Shown one piece after another: positions 29,472 to 38,681 of a stretch of 64,000 nt of DNA. This DNA is from Candidatus Bathyarchaeia archaeon (GTDB lineage: Archaea > Thermoproteota > Bathyarchaeia > Bathyarchaeales > Bathycorpusculaceae), in assembly GCA_050010755.1 (NCBI GenBank), contig JBEKKK010000001.1, positions 384,001-448,000 of the forward strand, read 5' to 3'. Position numbers and translations under genes: made by a program. Below the pieces are notes generated by a model. It had not been told where the DNA came from. It ran no database searches and saw only the letters and a list, made by a program, of their open reading frames with translations. Position 1 is the first letter of the stretch; every line of letters begins with the position of its first letter.

Positions 29472-29621
29472 CTATCTGGATTTGTTCAAGTATTCATAGA
29501 GTTGACGTGTGTAGTTGTTGATTGAATCCAGTCTTTTTATCACATCAGTCATCTGAACTTCTAATCGAACTACTCTTTCTCGCAATTCCGATAAATCTTT
29601 TGCAGTTGTTTGATCTGACAC
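29472..29621 (-). CDS. 49-aa coiled-coil microprotein (below ORF-track cutoff)
   Basis: Own translation MSDQTTAKDLSELRERVVRLEVQMTDVIKRLDSINNYTRQLYEYLNKSR; clear heptad pattern; GTG start. Confidence 0.6.
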   Translation of the reverse strand: MSDQTTAKDLSELRERVVRLEVQMTDVIKRLDSINNYTRQLYEYLNKSR

Positions 29622-29955
29622 GTTTTTCACGGCCTTTTGAGCTTTCACAAGAGGTTACCAGCTAGAAGACTTAAAAAGTTTTAGCATCAGGGTTGCGTGC
29701 TTGTCTGTATTTAAATTTTGGCGCGTGCGTTATCGGTCCGCTTAAGGATTACGAGCCTGTTTGTAGAGATTTGGTTTCTAATGGTGACGAATATCTTCGT
29801 GCTCGGGATGGGTTTTGCCTTCAAGTGCTCAAGTTTCTTAGCGCACGAACGAGTCCAGACGGCCCTTGATGATTATCCTCTTATCGCCTCTCATCATTGG
29901 CAGTCACAAACTTTTTTATATTCGCGTAGCGCCCAAGCAGGTAGGGGTTGTCGTT

Positions 29956-30390
29956 GTGAGCGTGAAAGAGCATTTGGAGTTGATGCAGACTCTGGACGAT
30001 GCTTGGAACGGTCAGGATTGGGAGACTTTTAAGAAGCGCCATGCTCAGAACGTGGCGGTGTACTGGCCAGGTCAGCCTGAGCCGACACGGGGAAGAGAGG
30101 CGCACTTCAGAGAATCGGTGGAATTCTTCAAAACTTTCGACAATCGGCTGATGAATAACCCGTACAAGATCCTGTTTGGCCAGGGTGACTACACTTGTTC
30201 AGTTGCTGATTGGAGTGCGACTATGATAGGGCCTATGAAGATGGCGAACGGCTCAGTCATTCAGCCGACTCATAAGACGGCAAGGCTTGAATTCTGCACT
30301 GTCGCCACTTGGAAAGACAAGGAAATCATGGAAGAAAGACTGTTCTATGATGTTACAAGCATGATGAAACAGCTGGGCCTGTCGCCCTGA
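29956..30390 (+). CDS. SnoaL-like/ester cyclase (NTF2 fold) protein
   Basis: DDAWNGQDW...WPG..PTRGREAH...W.D.EI.EERLFYD...MKQLG. Confidence 0.82.
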   Translation: MSVKEHLELMQTLDDAWNGQDWETFKKRHAQNVAVYWPGQPEPTRGREAHFRESVEFFKTFDNRLMNNPYKILFGQGDYTCSVADWSATMIGPMKMANGSVIQPTHKTARLEFCTVATWKDKEIMEERLFYDVTSMMKQLGLSP

Positions 30391-30448
30391 CAAATCAAGC
30401 CGAGACAACAAAGTACTGAAGCATGAGTAACGATGGAGGGAATGGCAC

Positions 30449-30787
30449 ATGAGTAAAGCCGTAAGAAGCCGTATCAAAAATGCTGGAAAAGGCAATATTA
30501 ACGACGAAATAGTCGAGAAGGACAAGGCCTTCGTGCTATTCTACGCGACCTGGTGTCCTTTTTCTCAGCGGTTCTTGCCAGTCTTTGAGGAGTATGCAAG
30601 GGACAATCCGGAGGAGTGTATAAGCGTCGTTGTAGACGATCGACCGGATGTTTGCGAGGAATACTCGATTGAATACTATCCCACGGTGATTCTTTTCAAG
30701 AAAGGAAAAGTGTCCGGGCGACTGGACGCAAAGCCAGGAGTTGGATTAGACAGAAATCAACTTAAGGCACTTACCCAGAAATCGTAG
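30449..30787 (+). CDS. Thioredoxin-fold protein (CxxS)
   Basis: FYATWCPFS, YPTVILFKKG. Confidence 0.85.
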   Translation: MSKAVRSRIKNAGKGNINDEIVEKDKAFVLFYATWCPFSQRFLPVFEEYARDNPEECISVVVDDRPDVCEEYSIEYYPTVILFKKGKVSGRLDAKPGVGLDRNQLKALTQKS

Positions 30788-30944
30788 AGACAATTTCCCT
30801 CGCATATTTCTGAAAGTGCACCTTGTTTCGTCGCTTCAAGGATTCTTCGCTTTCGCTCGCGCCTTTTCGGCGCGCTTTCTTTCGTGAGAAAGGGTAAAAT
30901 TATAAATCGGTAACAATCCATTTGCGTGTGATGGAAGGAATTGC

Positions 30945-31310
30945 ATGGAGAATCTTGTTAGGAAATGGAACGGGACTCCTTATCCTGAGATGATACGGAG
31001 CCTTCCAGAAGTCGATATCCAGTTGAAGGGTATAAAGGGTTGGGTTTTTCAGGCGAAGGACAAACAGGTTGTGTTTTTCGACATACAACCCAGTTGCAAG
31101 GTTCCTCCTCACTCGCATTGTGAGCAGTGGGGTTTTGTTGTGGAAGGCGAAATGCGTATGGTGATAGGTGGCGAGTCGAGGGTTTACCGAAAAGGCGATT
31201 GGTACTTTATCCCGAAGGGAGTTGTGCATTCGGCCACTTTTCTGACCCGGGTGAACGCAATCGACATCTTTAACGACCCCAAACGATATAGAATAAAAAG
31301 TGCACGGTAA
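30945..31310 (+). CDS. Cupin domain protein
   Basis: PPHSH.EQWGFVVEG...GDWYFIPKGVVHSA. Confidence 0.88.
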   Translation: MENLVRKWNGTPYPEMIRSLPEVDIQLKGIKGWVFQAKDKQVVFFDIQPSCKVPPHSHCEQWGFVVEGEMRMVIGGESRVYRKGDWYFIPKGVVHSATFLTRVNAIDIFNDPKRYRIKSAR

Positions 31311-31336
31311 CCCTTCAGGTTGCAAGGGAAGCGCGC

Positions 31337-31438
31337 GTGCCCAAGTTTCCTGAACCTCTTGTGTTTGCAATGTTCATGTTAGCGATGCTGCCAGCATTGC
31401 GATCCTCAAGAAAAAAACCCAAGGTTACACGGCTATAG
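31337..31438 (+). pseudogene. Orphan PEF-CTERM-like tail, probable remnant of a deleted surface-protein gene
   Basis: Reads VPKFPEPLVFAMFMLAMLPALRSSRKKPKVTRL*, resembling the xPEF-TM-basic tails of the genes at 22303 and 41527. Confidence 0.4.
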
Positions 31439-31507
31439 CATAGTGCTTTCCTTTCTAATGAAAAGTTTTTTTAGAGTTGCACCACAATCTAATGTGGAGT
31501 AATTTGC

Positions 31508-32065
31508 GTGCAGTCTGTCTTTAGATCACGCGGTTTGATGAGGATAATATCGTTTGCCCAGATTGTTCTTGCGTTGGTGGGTTTGGCGTTGTTGTTTGAG
31601 ACTCCGTGGGCCTATTATCGGGTTTATGGGCAAATCGGTTATTACTATGGTTATCGTTATTATAGCGTTTGGTATAATGCGCCGAATAATGCATCGATGG
31701 GATCGCTTACTGCTGGCTTCACAGTTCTGTTTATTTTCATTGCGCTTTTTGGTCTCGGATGGGGTTGGTTGTCTTCAAATCGGACTGCACCGAAATATGC
31801 CAAGTTGACGATGGTCTTTGGGATTCTTGCTATCGTGCTCTCTGCAGTTACAGCAGCTGTCATAAGTGCGCAAGAAGCATCCGTATATCCGGATGCCGCG
31901 GCCGCTGGCAATGTGTCTTGGTCGCTGAGCACGGCACTTACCGGTTTTCTGGTTGGGGGCTTCCTTTTCTTGGTGATTGGCTTTATCGGAACCCGCATGA
32001 CAAAGTTCGCTGAAGTGCCTCCTCCAGTGCCTCCTCCGCTACCGCCACCCCCGCCTCCGCCCTAA
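31508..32065 (+). CDS. 4-TM membrane protein with Tyr-rich loop and poly-Pro tail
   Basis: Four hydrophobic segments; ends VPPPVPPPLPPPPPPP. Confidence 0.7.
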   Translation: MQSVFRSRGLMRIISFAQIVLALVGLALLFETPWAYYRVYGQIGYYYGYRYYSVWYNAPNNASMGSLTAGFTVLFIFIALFGLGWGWLSSNRTAPKYAKLTMVFGILAIVLSAVTAAVISAQEASVYPDAAAAGNVSWSLSTALTGFLVGGFLFLVIGFIGTRMTKFAEVPPPVPPPLPPPPPPP

Positions 32066-32747
32066 ACATGTATCGCGCGCGTCACCATACGGCCTCTAGA
32101 GATTGTGTTTGCGGCTAGCGCTGTATAAACCTCGGAATAGCTATTTAGTTTAAGGACAAACTGCGCGCGCTATCTGTTCCTATCCATGATTTCAGAGCGC
32201 GTCTTGATGATTGTTGAAGAAATATATTTTGTCGGAATATTGGAATATCTGGAATATGCCTTTTTAGCCTTGCCAACCTAAAGAAGATGTTGAATGTGAA
32301 CCTCTTCAAAGTTACGATTTGTGCGTGTGTGTGGAAAAATGACGAACTTGAATGTAGAAAATGTTGGTAGCGAAACCAGTCAAGCGAGGAAAATTGAGGA
32401 ACTTTTGGCCGAATTTGAGTACGCCAAGTTCGACTTATGGATTCAATAAGCACTCGTTATGGTCAGCACTCTCTCCAATTAAACAGCGGCAAAGAATGGC
32501 AGCCAAGCTTCTAGGAGTAAATGAAGCGCATCCTCCGCCACCATATGGCACCTCGCATCGTCTTAAAGCGTCAAGGTGGCGCGCGAGCGTGGCGCTTTCT
32601 GCGGTCCAAGAAACTGTCCGAAATGCGACAAACTCGGGTTCCCTTAAGCTACGCGAAACAGCGCGCGTGCTACGCCTCTTAACTTTTTTCTGTTACTATT
32701 TCAACAATTGCGAAATCTTCGGTTGAAATGGGTTCATGTAAATCTGT

Positions 32748-33056
32748 CTAGGGTGTGATCGTCAATTCTTTGAGTCTGTTCGACACTGTTTTGTGAAGAC
32801 AATTGCGCAAGGTCTGTCCTTGAAGTTTTCTATTTCTTATTTTCGCTATTTCTTCGGTCAGTTTTTTGTCTTTAAGAACATCTGTTGCCCACTTTTCAAA
32901 GTCTCCACGCTCGAGATGGAAATTCAGCGACTCTACCTTGACCTGCGTGATCATCTTCACAAAGTCTTCGTATGAAGCGGCGCTTAACCCAGCATACTTA
33001 CCTATGCTAACGTAGAAATGGAACGGTGCAACCTGCTTGCTTTTCTCCAAACTCAT
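32748..33056 (-). CDS. DUF5752-like small protein
   Basis: PFHFY..IG.Y.G.SA.S...F...I......SL.FHL.RGDFEKW..DVL.D..L. Confidence 0.7.
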   Translation of the reverse strand: MSLEKSKQVAPFHFYVSIGKYAGLSAASYEDFVKMITQVKVESLNFHLERGDFEKWATDVLKDKKLTEEIAKIRNRKLQGQTLRNCLHKTVSNRLKELTITP

Positions 33057-33228
33057 GGGAAACACTGAATGCAAACTGATCATCAGTACGGATATAGTTT
33101 ATGAAAACTGGATCAAGATTCAGACTCAACCAGAGCCTCCATTGGTTGAATTTAAATCTGGCGCATGCTACCCAGAAATAAATCCTCCAGAATATATTGA
33201 GAACTGCACATTAGAGCGTGCCAACGCC

Positions 33229-34068
33229 TTAGACTTCCTTGCACTTGGGACATAGCCTGTTTTTGGATGTGACTTCTTGAATAAAGAGCCTTCCACAGCC
33301 TATCCCTTGCTTTGGATCCGAGCACACGAAGACGCCCGTGCTCTTTTCAGCATCGTTACTAGGATGGTGAACCCAGTAGACCTCCCTGATCACGGGTGGG
33401 CGCGGGGAAGTCAAATCCGCAAGCTCTGATGCCGCGTGCTCGTCCAGCTCCCAGCCGTATCGAGTGGCTGTGCGAAGGTCACGCTTCTTGACCGTTTTGT
33501 TCCCGAGCTCGCCCGAGAGAAAAGTGTAAAACCAATCCAAGTTCGGCTCAAGGCTATAGTACACGACTCTAGAAACGAAACCTCCTGGACAACTGTAGAC
33601 TCCGACTACTCCATTTTTCTCTGTCTGGAGAATTCTAAAGTTTGCTGGCTCTGCGCAGTGCCGTCTGCACTCAACCTTGAAGACCAAGTGTCTCTTTATG
33701 AAATCGTATAGCGAGTACGCGGCATTCTTCTGTGTCTGCAGAAGATTTTGATAGAATTTGCTTTTCAAGAGACTGATCCACCGAGCCTCAGTTATTTGGA
33801 CCGACTCGGAGAAGCCTGTGAAAATGTGTTCAACTTCCCCGCCGTCAAACTCCAAGAATATCTGGGGGATAATGTAGTCCTCCACGTAGTCACCGTATTC
33901 TTTTACAAGTCGATCGGCGATCCTCTCTTGCCCGGCGATATCGATGTCAAGAACTCTCAAGGGAACCCCAAGCTCGTCCGCCATTTTCTGGGCGTATTCC
34001 CTCGATAACGGGACACAGTGTGGACACCAGTTCGCTAGCACTACTGTGACGCGCTTAACCTTAGCCAT
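33229..34068 (-). CDS. Thioredoxin-like (WCPHC) domain fused to Cys-rich putative Zn-binding region
   Basis: N-terminal WCPHC and cis-Pro-like IPQ; further CRRHC, CPGG, CSD...GCG, CPKC. Confidence 0.6.
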   Translation of the reverse strand: MAKVKRVTVVLANWCPHCVPLSREYAQKMADELGVPLRVLDIDIAGQERIADRLVKEYGDYVEDYIIPQIFLEFDGGEVEHIFTGFSESVQITEARWISLLKSKFYQNLLQTQKNAAYSLYDFIKRHLVFKVECRRHCAEPANFRILQTEKNGVVGVYSCPGGFVSRVVYYSLEPNLDWFYTFLSGELGNKTVKKRDLRTATRYGWELDEHAASELADLTSPRPPVIREVYWVHHPSNDAEKSTGVFVCSDPKQGIGCGRLFIQEVTSKNRLCPKCKEV

Positions 34069-34128
34069 CGCAACACCTAGCAGACAACGATTATTTCAGG
34101 TATTTATTAAATCAGGTGGGCACACTTG

Positions 34129-34980
34129 TCAGAATCGCGTTATTATTTCCTTTGCAAAGTGTTGCAGGTTTTCTAGGTTTGAAAATCTGAGTGTGATTAG
34201 GCCTATTCCTCTCTTCTTGTACTCTTCGATAGTTTCAACTGTCTTTTCTGTGGCGTTAGGTGTCGTTCCGCTCTCCATGTTCATCGCTGTGGCTTTCCTG
34301 ATCTTGCTGTAGTCTGTGCCCACGGTCTTACAGTGTTTTCTTAGGACTGAGAGCTTATGCTCAAGCTCGTCTACGTTCGCTGCAAACAGGTGACTGATGT
34401 CAGCGTGCTCAGCGGCAATCTTCAGGGTTACTTTTTCTCCGCTTCCGCCGACCATGATCGGTATATGCTTCTGCACTGGTTGCGGTGAGTTGAGGACGTT
34501 ATCAATGTCATACATCTTGCCGTGGTAGGTTGTACGGTCCTTGGAGAACATTGACTTGCATATCTCCACGGTTTCACGAAGCCCTTGAAGCCTCTCTTTT
34601 GGAGATGGAAATCCACCCATGAAGCCTTTGAACTCGTCCTCGTGCCACCCTGCCCCGATACCGAAGATTAGCCTGCCGCCAGAGATTATGTCGACCGTTG
34701 TAGCGATCTTGGCCAAGACCGTTGGTCTTCTATACCCGTAGCAGCTCACAAGAGGACCAAGCATTATTCTGCTCGTCACGGCGGCTAGAGCGCCCAGTGT
34801 TGTCCAACATTCCAGAGGATGGTTGCTCGCCCCATTGGGATTCCTCATGTTCATCATGTGATCCGTCATTGTGAAAAGGTCAAACCCAGTCTCTTCAGCA
34901 GCTAGGCATATGCGCTTCTCGTCCGCGAAGTTTCTTCCCTCAGGAGGAGCATGAACTCCAAACCACATGTCCTTCGGCAT
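34129..34980 (-). CDS. LLM-class (luciferase-like) flavin/F420-dependent oxidoreductase
   Basis: DH, LECWTTL.ALA..T.RI.LG.LV, SGGRLIFGIGAGW..DE, PIMVGGSGEK. Confidence 0.88.
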   Translation of the reverse strand: MPKDMWFGVHAPPEGRNFADEKRICLAAEETGFDLFTMTDHMMNMRNPNGASNHPLECWTTLGALAAVTSRIMLGPLVSCYGYRRPTVLAKIATTVDIISGGRLIFGIGAGWHEDEFKGFMGGFPSPKERLQGLRETVEICKSMFSKDRTTYHGKMYDIDNVLNSPQPVQKHIPIMVGGSGEKVTLKIAAEHADISHLFAANVDELEHKLSVLRKHCKTVGTDYSKIRKATAMNMESGTTPNATEKTVETIEEYKKRGIGLITLRFSNLENLQHFAKEIITRF

Positions 34981-35160
34981 AAGTATCACCAACTAAAGAA
35001 GGATAACTGAACCAATTTAACCCTTAGGGTCCATCTGGTGCAAGGCCAACTTTCTGGCGCGGCCTCGGCGGGAATGAGAAACAAGAATGATTCCCAAGAA
35101 TTGTACCTAAAAGTGACTTTATTCAACAGAATTAAGGATGTTTGAAGCGAAGTTAAGCTT

Positions 35161-35244
35161 GTCAACTTTTCTTGACTTGAGCCTCAACTGGCTGCTGACT
35201 GTTTTTGAAAATTGGGACGCTTTTAGTGTCAAGTTTTCTTGACA
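35161..35244. promoter_or_regulatory. Two copies of inverted repeat GTCAA-N6-TTGAC, putative operator of the downstream wHTH regulator
   Basis: GTCAACTTTTCTTGAC (35161-35176) and TGTCAAGTTTTCTTGACA (35227-35244). Confidence 0.65.
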
Positions 35245-35291
35245 AAAAGGTTTTCTTTGCGTTGCTCTTATCATGCTAGTGGAGACTTCTT

Positions 35292-36350
35292 ATGTCTGCT
35301 AACGATGAAGAACCATATTCAACCATTTTTGCATCTTTGAAACATCCTATTCGTCGTAGGATTCTTAGAATGTTGTCAGTGAAGCCTATGAGTTTCTCGG
35401 AAATGCTTGAGGTTCTGGGGGTGTCTAGCTCATTTCTGAATTATCACATTGAAAACTTGGGAGAACTTGTCGGCAAGACGGAGGATGGTAAGTACAAACT
35501 TTCTAGTTTTGGAGAAGCCGCAATGGCAACGATGATGAGGGTTGAAGACATCCCAAGAGCCGTACCCCAACAACTCTCAAGAAGCGCAGAAAGTAGTTCT
35601 CACGAACCGTCAGGACCTCGGGGTATTATTGCAAAGATATTCAAAATGGATAGGACAACATCGAGAAAAGTTGTCAGAAGAAGCGTCGCAATTTCTCTCG
35701 GGATAATCTGCATCTTATTGATTGCAAGTCTGGGTGGAGCATTGGCATACTACACTATGATAATCCACAACAAGGAAAATGAATTAGGCTCTGCAAACAA
35801 CACGATTAGTCAGTTGAACACCAACGCAACGAACCTTCAAAATCAAGACAAGCAACTGCAAACATGGCTAGATGGAAACAAGACATTGCTCAACCAGACA
35901 CAAACTAATAATACAAATTTGCGCAACCAGATTGACTTTTTGAACTCTAATGCCACAAATCTCCAAAATCAAGTGAATAACTTCCACATCGGAAGTACAG
36001 AAAACTCCACGATATGGGTTAATAACGAAATCGTGCATACAAACGAAATTGTGTACGACGCAGAGACTGGCGAAAATCTAACCCTCATTGGGGTTGTCAG
36101 GGCTATATACGTACCTTCTGCGGGGTACGTTTCGGTTCGAGTTTCATCAAACAATAACTCAACATTTGTTGGACTTGGGACTCCTTACGTCAGCGGCACC
36201 AACGTTTCTTTCCCGACTTATGACCAATTTAATGTGGGTTTCGGTGGAACAGTAGTTTTTCCAGTCTTGCCAACTTCCTTCACAGATATCTCCTTTGGCA
36301 GTTCCATCGGCGAAGCAACTCTTGCAGTAACAATAACATACTACTACTAG
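35292..36350 (+). CDS. Membrane-anchored ArsR-type wHTH regulator with extracellular coiled-coil/beta domain
   Basis: IFASLKHPIRRRILRML..FSEM...SSFLNYH (ArsR wHTH), one TM, N/Q/T-rich heptads with many NxT sequons. Confidence 0.8.
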   Translation: MSANDEEPYSTIFASLKHPIRRRILRMLSVKPMSFSEMLEVLGVSSSFLNYHIENLGELVGKTEDGKYKLSSFGEAAMATMMRVEDIPRAVPQQLSRSAESSSHEPSGPRGIIAKIFKMDRTTSRKVVRRSVAISLGIICILLIASLGGALAYYTMIIHNKENELGSANNTISQLNTNATNLQNQDKQLQTWLDGNKTLLNQTQTNNTNLRNQIDFLNSNATNLQNQVNNFHIGSTENSTIWVNNEIVHTNEIVYDAETGENLTLIGVVRAIYVPSAGYVSVRVSSNNNSTFVGLGTPYVSGTNVSFPTYDQFNVGFGGTVVFPVLPTSFTDISFGSSIGEATLAVTITYYY

Positions 36351-36351
36351 A

Positions 36352-36370
36352 ACCCACCCTCTTTTTCTAG
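36352..36370 (+). terminator. Pyrimidine/oligo-T terminator
   Basis: ACCCACCCTCTTTTTCT after the stop. Confidence 0.5.
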
Positions 36371-36449
36371 CCTAAGCCATACGCACAAAAGGCTCTAGTC
36401 AAGCTGAAAGAGGAAGTTGAGAAACAGATTTCGATGACACCTGAAGTTC

Positions 36450-36552
36450 TCTGATTTCTGTCTGTTTCTGTCTGTGTGTGTCTGTGTCTGACCCTGAGTA
36501 GTAGTAAGTAGTAGGTAGGTAGTAGTAGAGGAAGTAGAGAGAGAAAGGGTAA
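36450..36552. repeat. Bipartite low-complexity tract: (TCTG/TGTG)n followed by (GTA/AGTAG)n and AG-rich run
   Basis: tctgtctgtttctgtctgtgtgtgtctgtgtctg accctg agtagtagtaagtagtaggtaggtagtagtagaggaagtagagagagaaaggg. Confidence 0.75.
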
Positions 36553-36846
36553 AGTTTTATCCCAAAAGCGCGCGAAAGAATTGTTTTCGACATTTACGCA
36601 CGCGCATCTGACGGTTCTCTTTTCCTTTTCCGCTTCATCTGAGTGGTACGGAAGAAAGAAGTCGCTGAAACGACAATGATTACGGCTTTGATGAATAGGA
36701 TAATATAGGCTCTCGCGGCTGAGCGTACGCTTATGGTTTGTGGTTCTTGGGCTTCACTGTGAATGCATAGTGACAGCGAAATTGCTTGTGTCGAATAACT
36801 AATGTGGTGCCCCCCTAAATGTTATTAGGGTTCAGGCAGCATATAT

Positions 36847-37803
36847 TTGCAATTGGTGCCAGTCTTGGCGTCCAATTCGGTCTTGAACATTTCGGACGTG
36901 ACAAAGTATTATGGAAAGTTCAAGGCTTTGGATTCTGTTTCCTTCTCTGTTGACAAAGGCTGGGTGTATGGCTATCTTGGACCGAACGGAGCAGGCAAGA
37001 CAACTACTATCAGGATTATGCTGGGTCTCCTCGAACCGAATCGAGGAGAAGTTCAGATAGGTGGTGTTAACCCAATTAAAGATCCTGTTCAGGCTTTCAG
37101 GTCTGTTGGTTATGCTTCGGAACTTCCAACGCTTCAAACTTTCTTCACGGCGGAGCAGCTGCTTGATTTTATGGGGAAGATGTTCAGGCTGTCCACGCAA
37201 GCTAGAAAGGAAAAGACCTGGCAGCTTCTCAACCTTGTTGGTTTGAAAGAGTGGGGAAAAAGGAAGATTGGAACCTACAGCAAGGGAATGGTTCAGAGGC
37301 TGTCTTTGGCCCTTGCTCTCATCAACGATCCAATGGTTCTGATTATGGACGAGCCCACAATAGGCATGGATCCGGAGGCCGCAGTTAATTTCAGAAACCT
37401 CTTCATAAACCTCTCAAAGGAGGGCAAAACCATCTTTATATCGTCTCACTTGCTGGACGAGGTTCAAAGAATCTGCACTCACGTAGGAATGATAAACAAG
37501 GGAAAGATCCTTTTCAGCGGCCCAATTGACCAAGTGCTGGACGCCTTCACTCAAAAATGGGTCGTGGAAGTCGAACTCGAAAAAGTGAGCGAAAAAATTG
37601 TCTCAAGCCTCAAAACGCTTGACTCCGTTGGCGATGTCAAAGTGGACGGAAACAGACTGATGATAGAGCTGAAAGAGAAGAAGGACGTGAGAGGCGAGAT
37701 TTCTTCAGAAATCTTCAAACAGCAAGGCGTGCTGCTGAGCCTGAACCTACGCAAGATAACGCTGGAAGATGCTTATCTCCAAGCTCTGAAAGGAGGCCAA
37801 TAG
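36847..37803 (+). CDS. ABC-2 type exporter ATP-binding protein
   Basis: GPNGAGKTT, YSKGMVQR, IMDEPT.G.D, SSHLL.EV. Confidence 0.92.
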   Translation: MQLVPVLASNSVLNISDVTKYYGKFKALDSVSFSVDKGWVYGYLGPNGAGKTTTIRIMLGLLEPNRGEVQIGGVNPIKDPVQAFRSVGYASELPTLQTFFTAEQLLDFMGKMFRLSTQARKEKTWQLLNLVGLKEWGKRKIGTYSKGMVQRLSLALALINDPMVLIMDEPTIGMDPEAAVNFRNLFINLSKEGKTIFISSHLLDEVQRICTHVGMINKGKILFSGPIDQVLDAFTQKWVVEVELEKVSEKIVSSLKTLDSVGDVKVDGNRLMIELKEKKDVRGEISSEIFKQQGVLLSLNLRKITLEDAYLQALKGGQ

Positions 37804-37804
37804 C

Positions 37805-38644
37805 GTGGGTGCGCTTGGAAGAGTCTGTGAGGCTCTTGAAAGAGTCGGTGTCATTGCTGGATACGAGTGGAGAAGAGGCATCGCAAAAAAGAGTGTGCTT
37901 GCTCTTGTGATTCTGGCCGTGGCAATTCAGACGTTGGTAATTGTCTCCAACTATGAGTTTAATCGCTCGTCGGGGATAGTGCCCTCGGGCAACGCCTTCA
38001 TGTGGATTTCAACCGTGCTGGAAGGAGGAGCCCAAGCCTTGTTTATCCCGCTGATCGCCATAATAGTTGCAGGCGGTTCGATGTCGGAAGAATATGAACA
38101 CGGAACCGCTGACATACTGCTCTCCAAACCGATTAGTCGGATTGAGTACATGTTCGGGAAGTTCATGGGCGGATACTCTTTGTTGGCGTTGGTTGAAGCA
38201 CTGATAACTGTTGTAAGCGTTGGCCTTTCAATCGGGTTCTTCGGTGCACAAAGCGACCTGCAATTCGCTCCGTTAATGTTTTTGGCGATCGCGTACTCTT
38301 CCCTCATTTTCTTCTGTCTATCATTCATGTTCAGCGAAGTTTTCAGAGGAACTACTCTCGCAATACTACTAGCCTTCGCAATGTACATCGCCTCATTGGT
38401 CATGACCCCCATCTTGTCCTTTCTCTACGGCAACGTCTCGCGGGTCGTTCCGACGTGGGCGGCAACAGGCTTTCCATCATTTCTCCTGAGCCGCCTGATA
38501 ACCGCGTCAAACACTGTTCTTCCCTCAGCTGACACTGAAGCTCTTTACGAAGCAGCACTAATCATCGCGGTTTACACTGTAGTCTTTGTCGCCATTGCAG
38601 CACTAAGGCTTCTCAAGTCAGATGTTACGAAGAAAACAGACTAG
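37805..38644 (+). CDS. ABC-2 type exporter permease
   Basis: MSEEYEHGT..ILLSKPISR...FGKF motif, about 6 TM. Confidence 0.85.
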   Translation: MGALGRVCEALERVGVIAGYEWRRGIAKKSVLALVILAVAIQTLVIVSNYEFNRSSGIVPSGNAFMWISTVLEGGAQALFIPLIAIIVAGGSMSEEYEHGTADILLSKPISRIEYMFGKFMGGYSLLALVEALITVVSVGLSIGFFGAQSDLQFAPLMFLAIAYSSLIFFCLSFMFSEVFRGTTLAILLAFAMYIASLVMTPILSFLYGNVSRVVPTWAATGFPSFLLSRLITASNTVLPSADTEALYEAALIIAVYTVVFVAIAALRLLKSDVTKKTD

Positions 38645-38681
38645 ACACCAGCGGGACATCAAAGCTTCTTGACCGGACATG

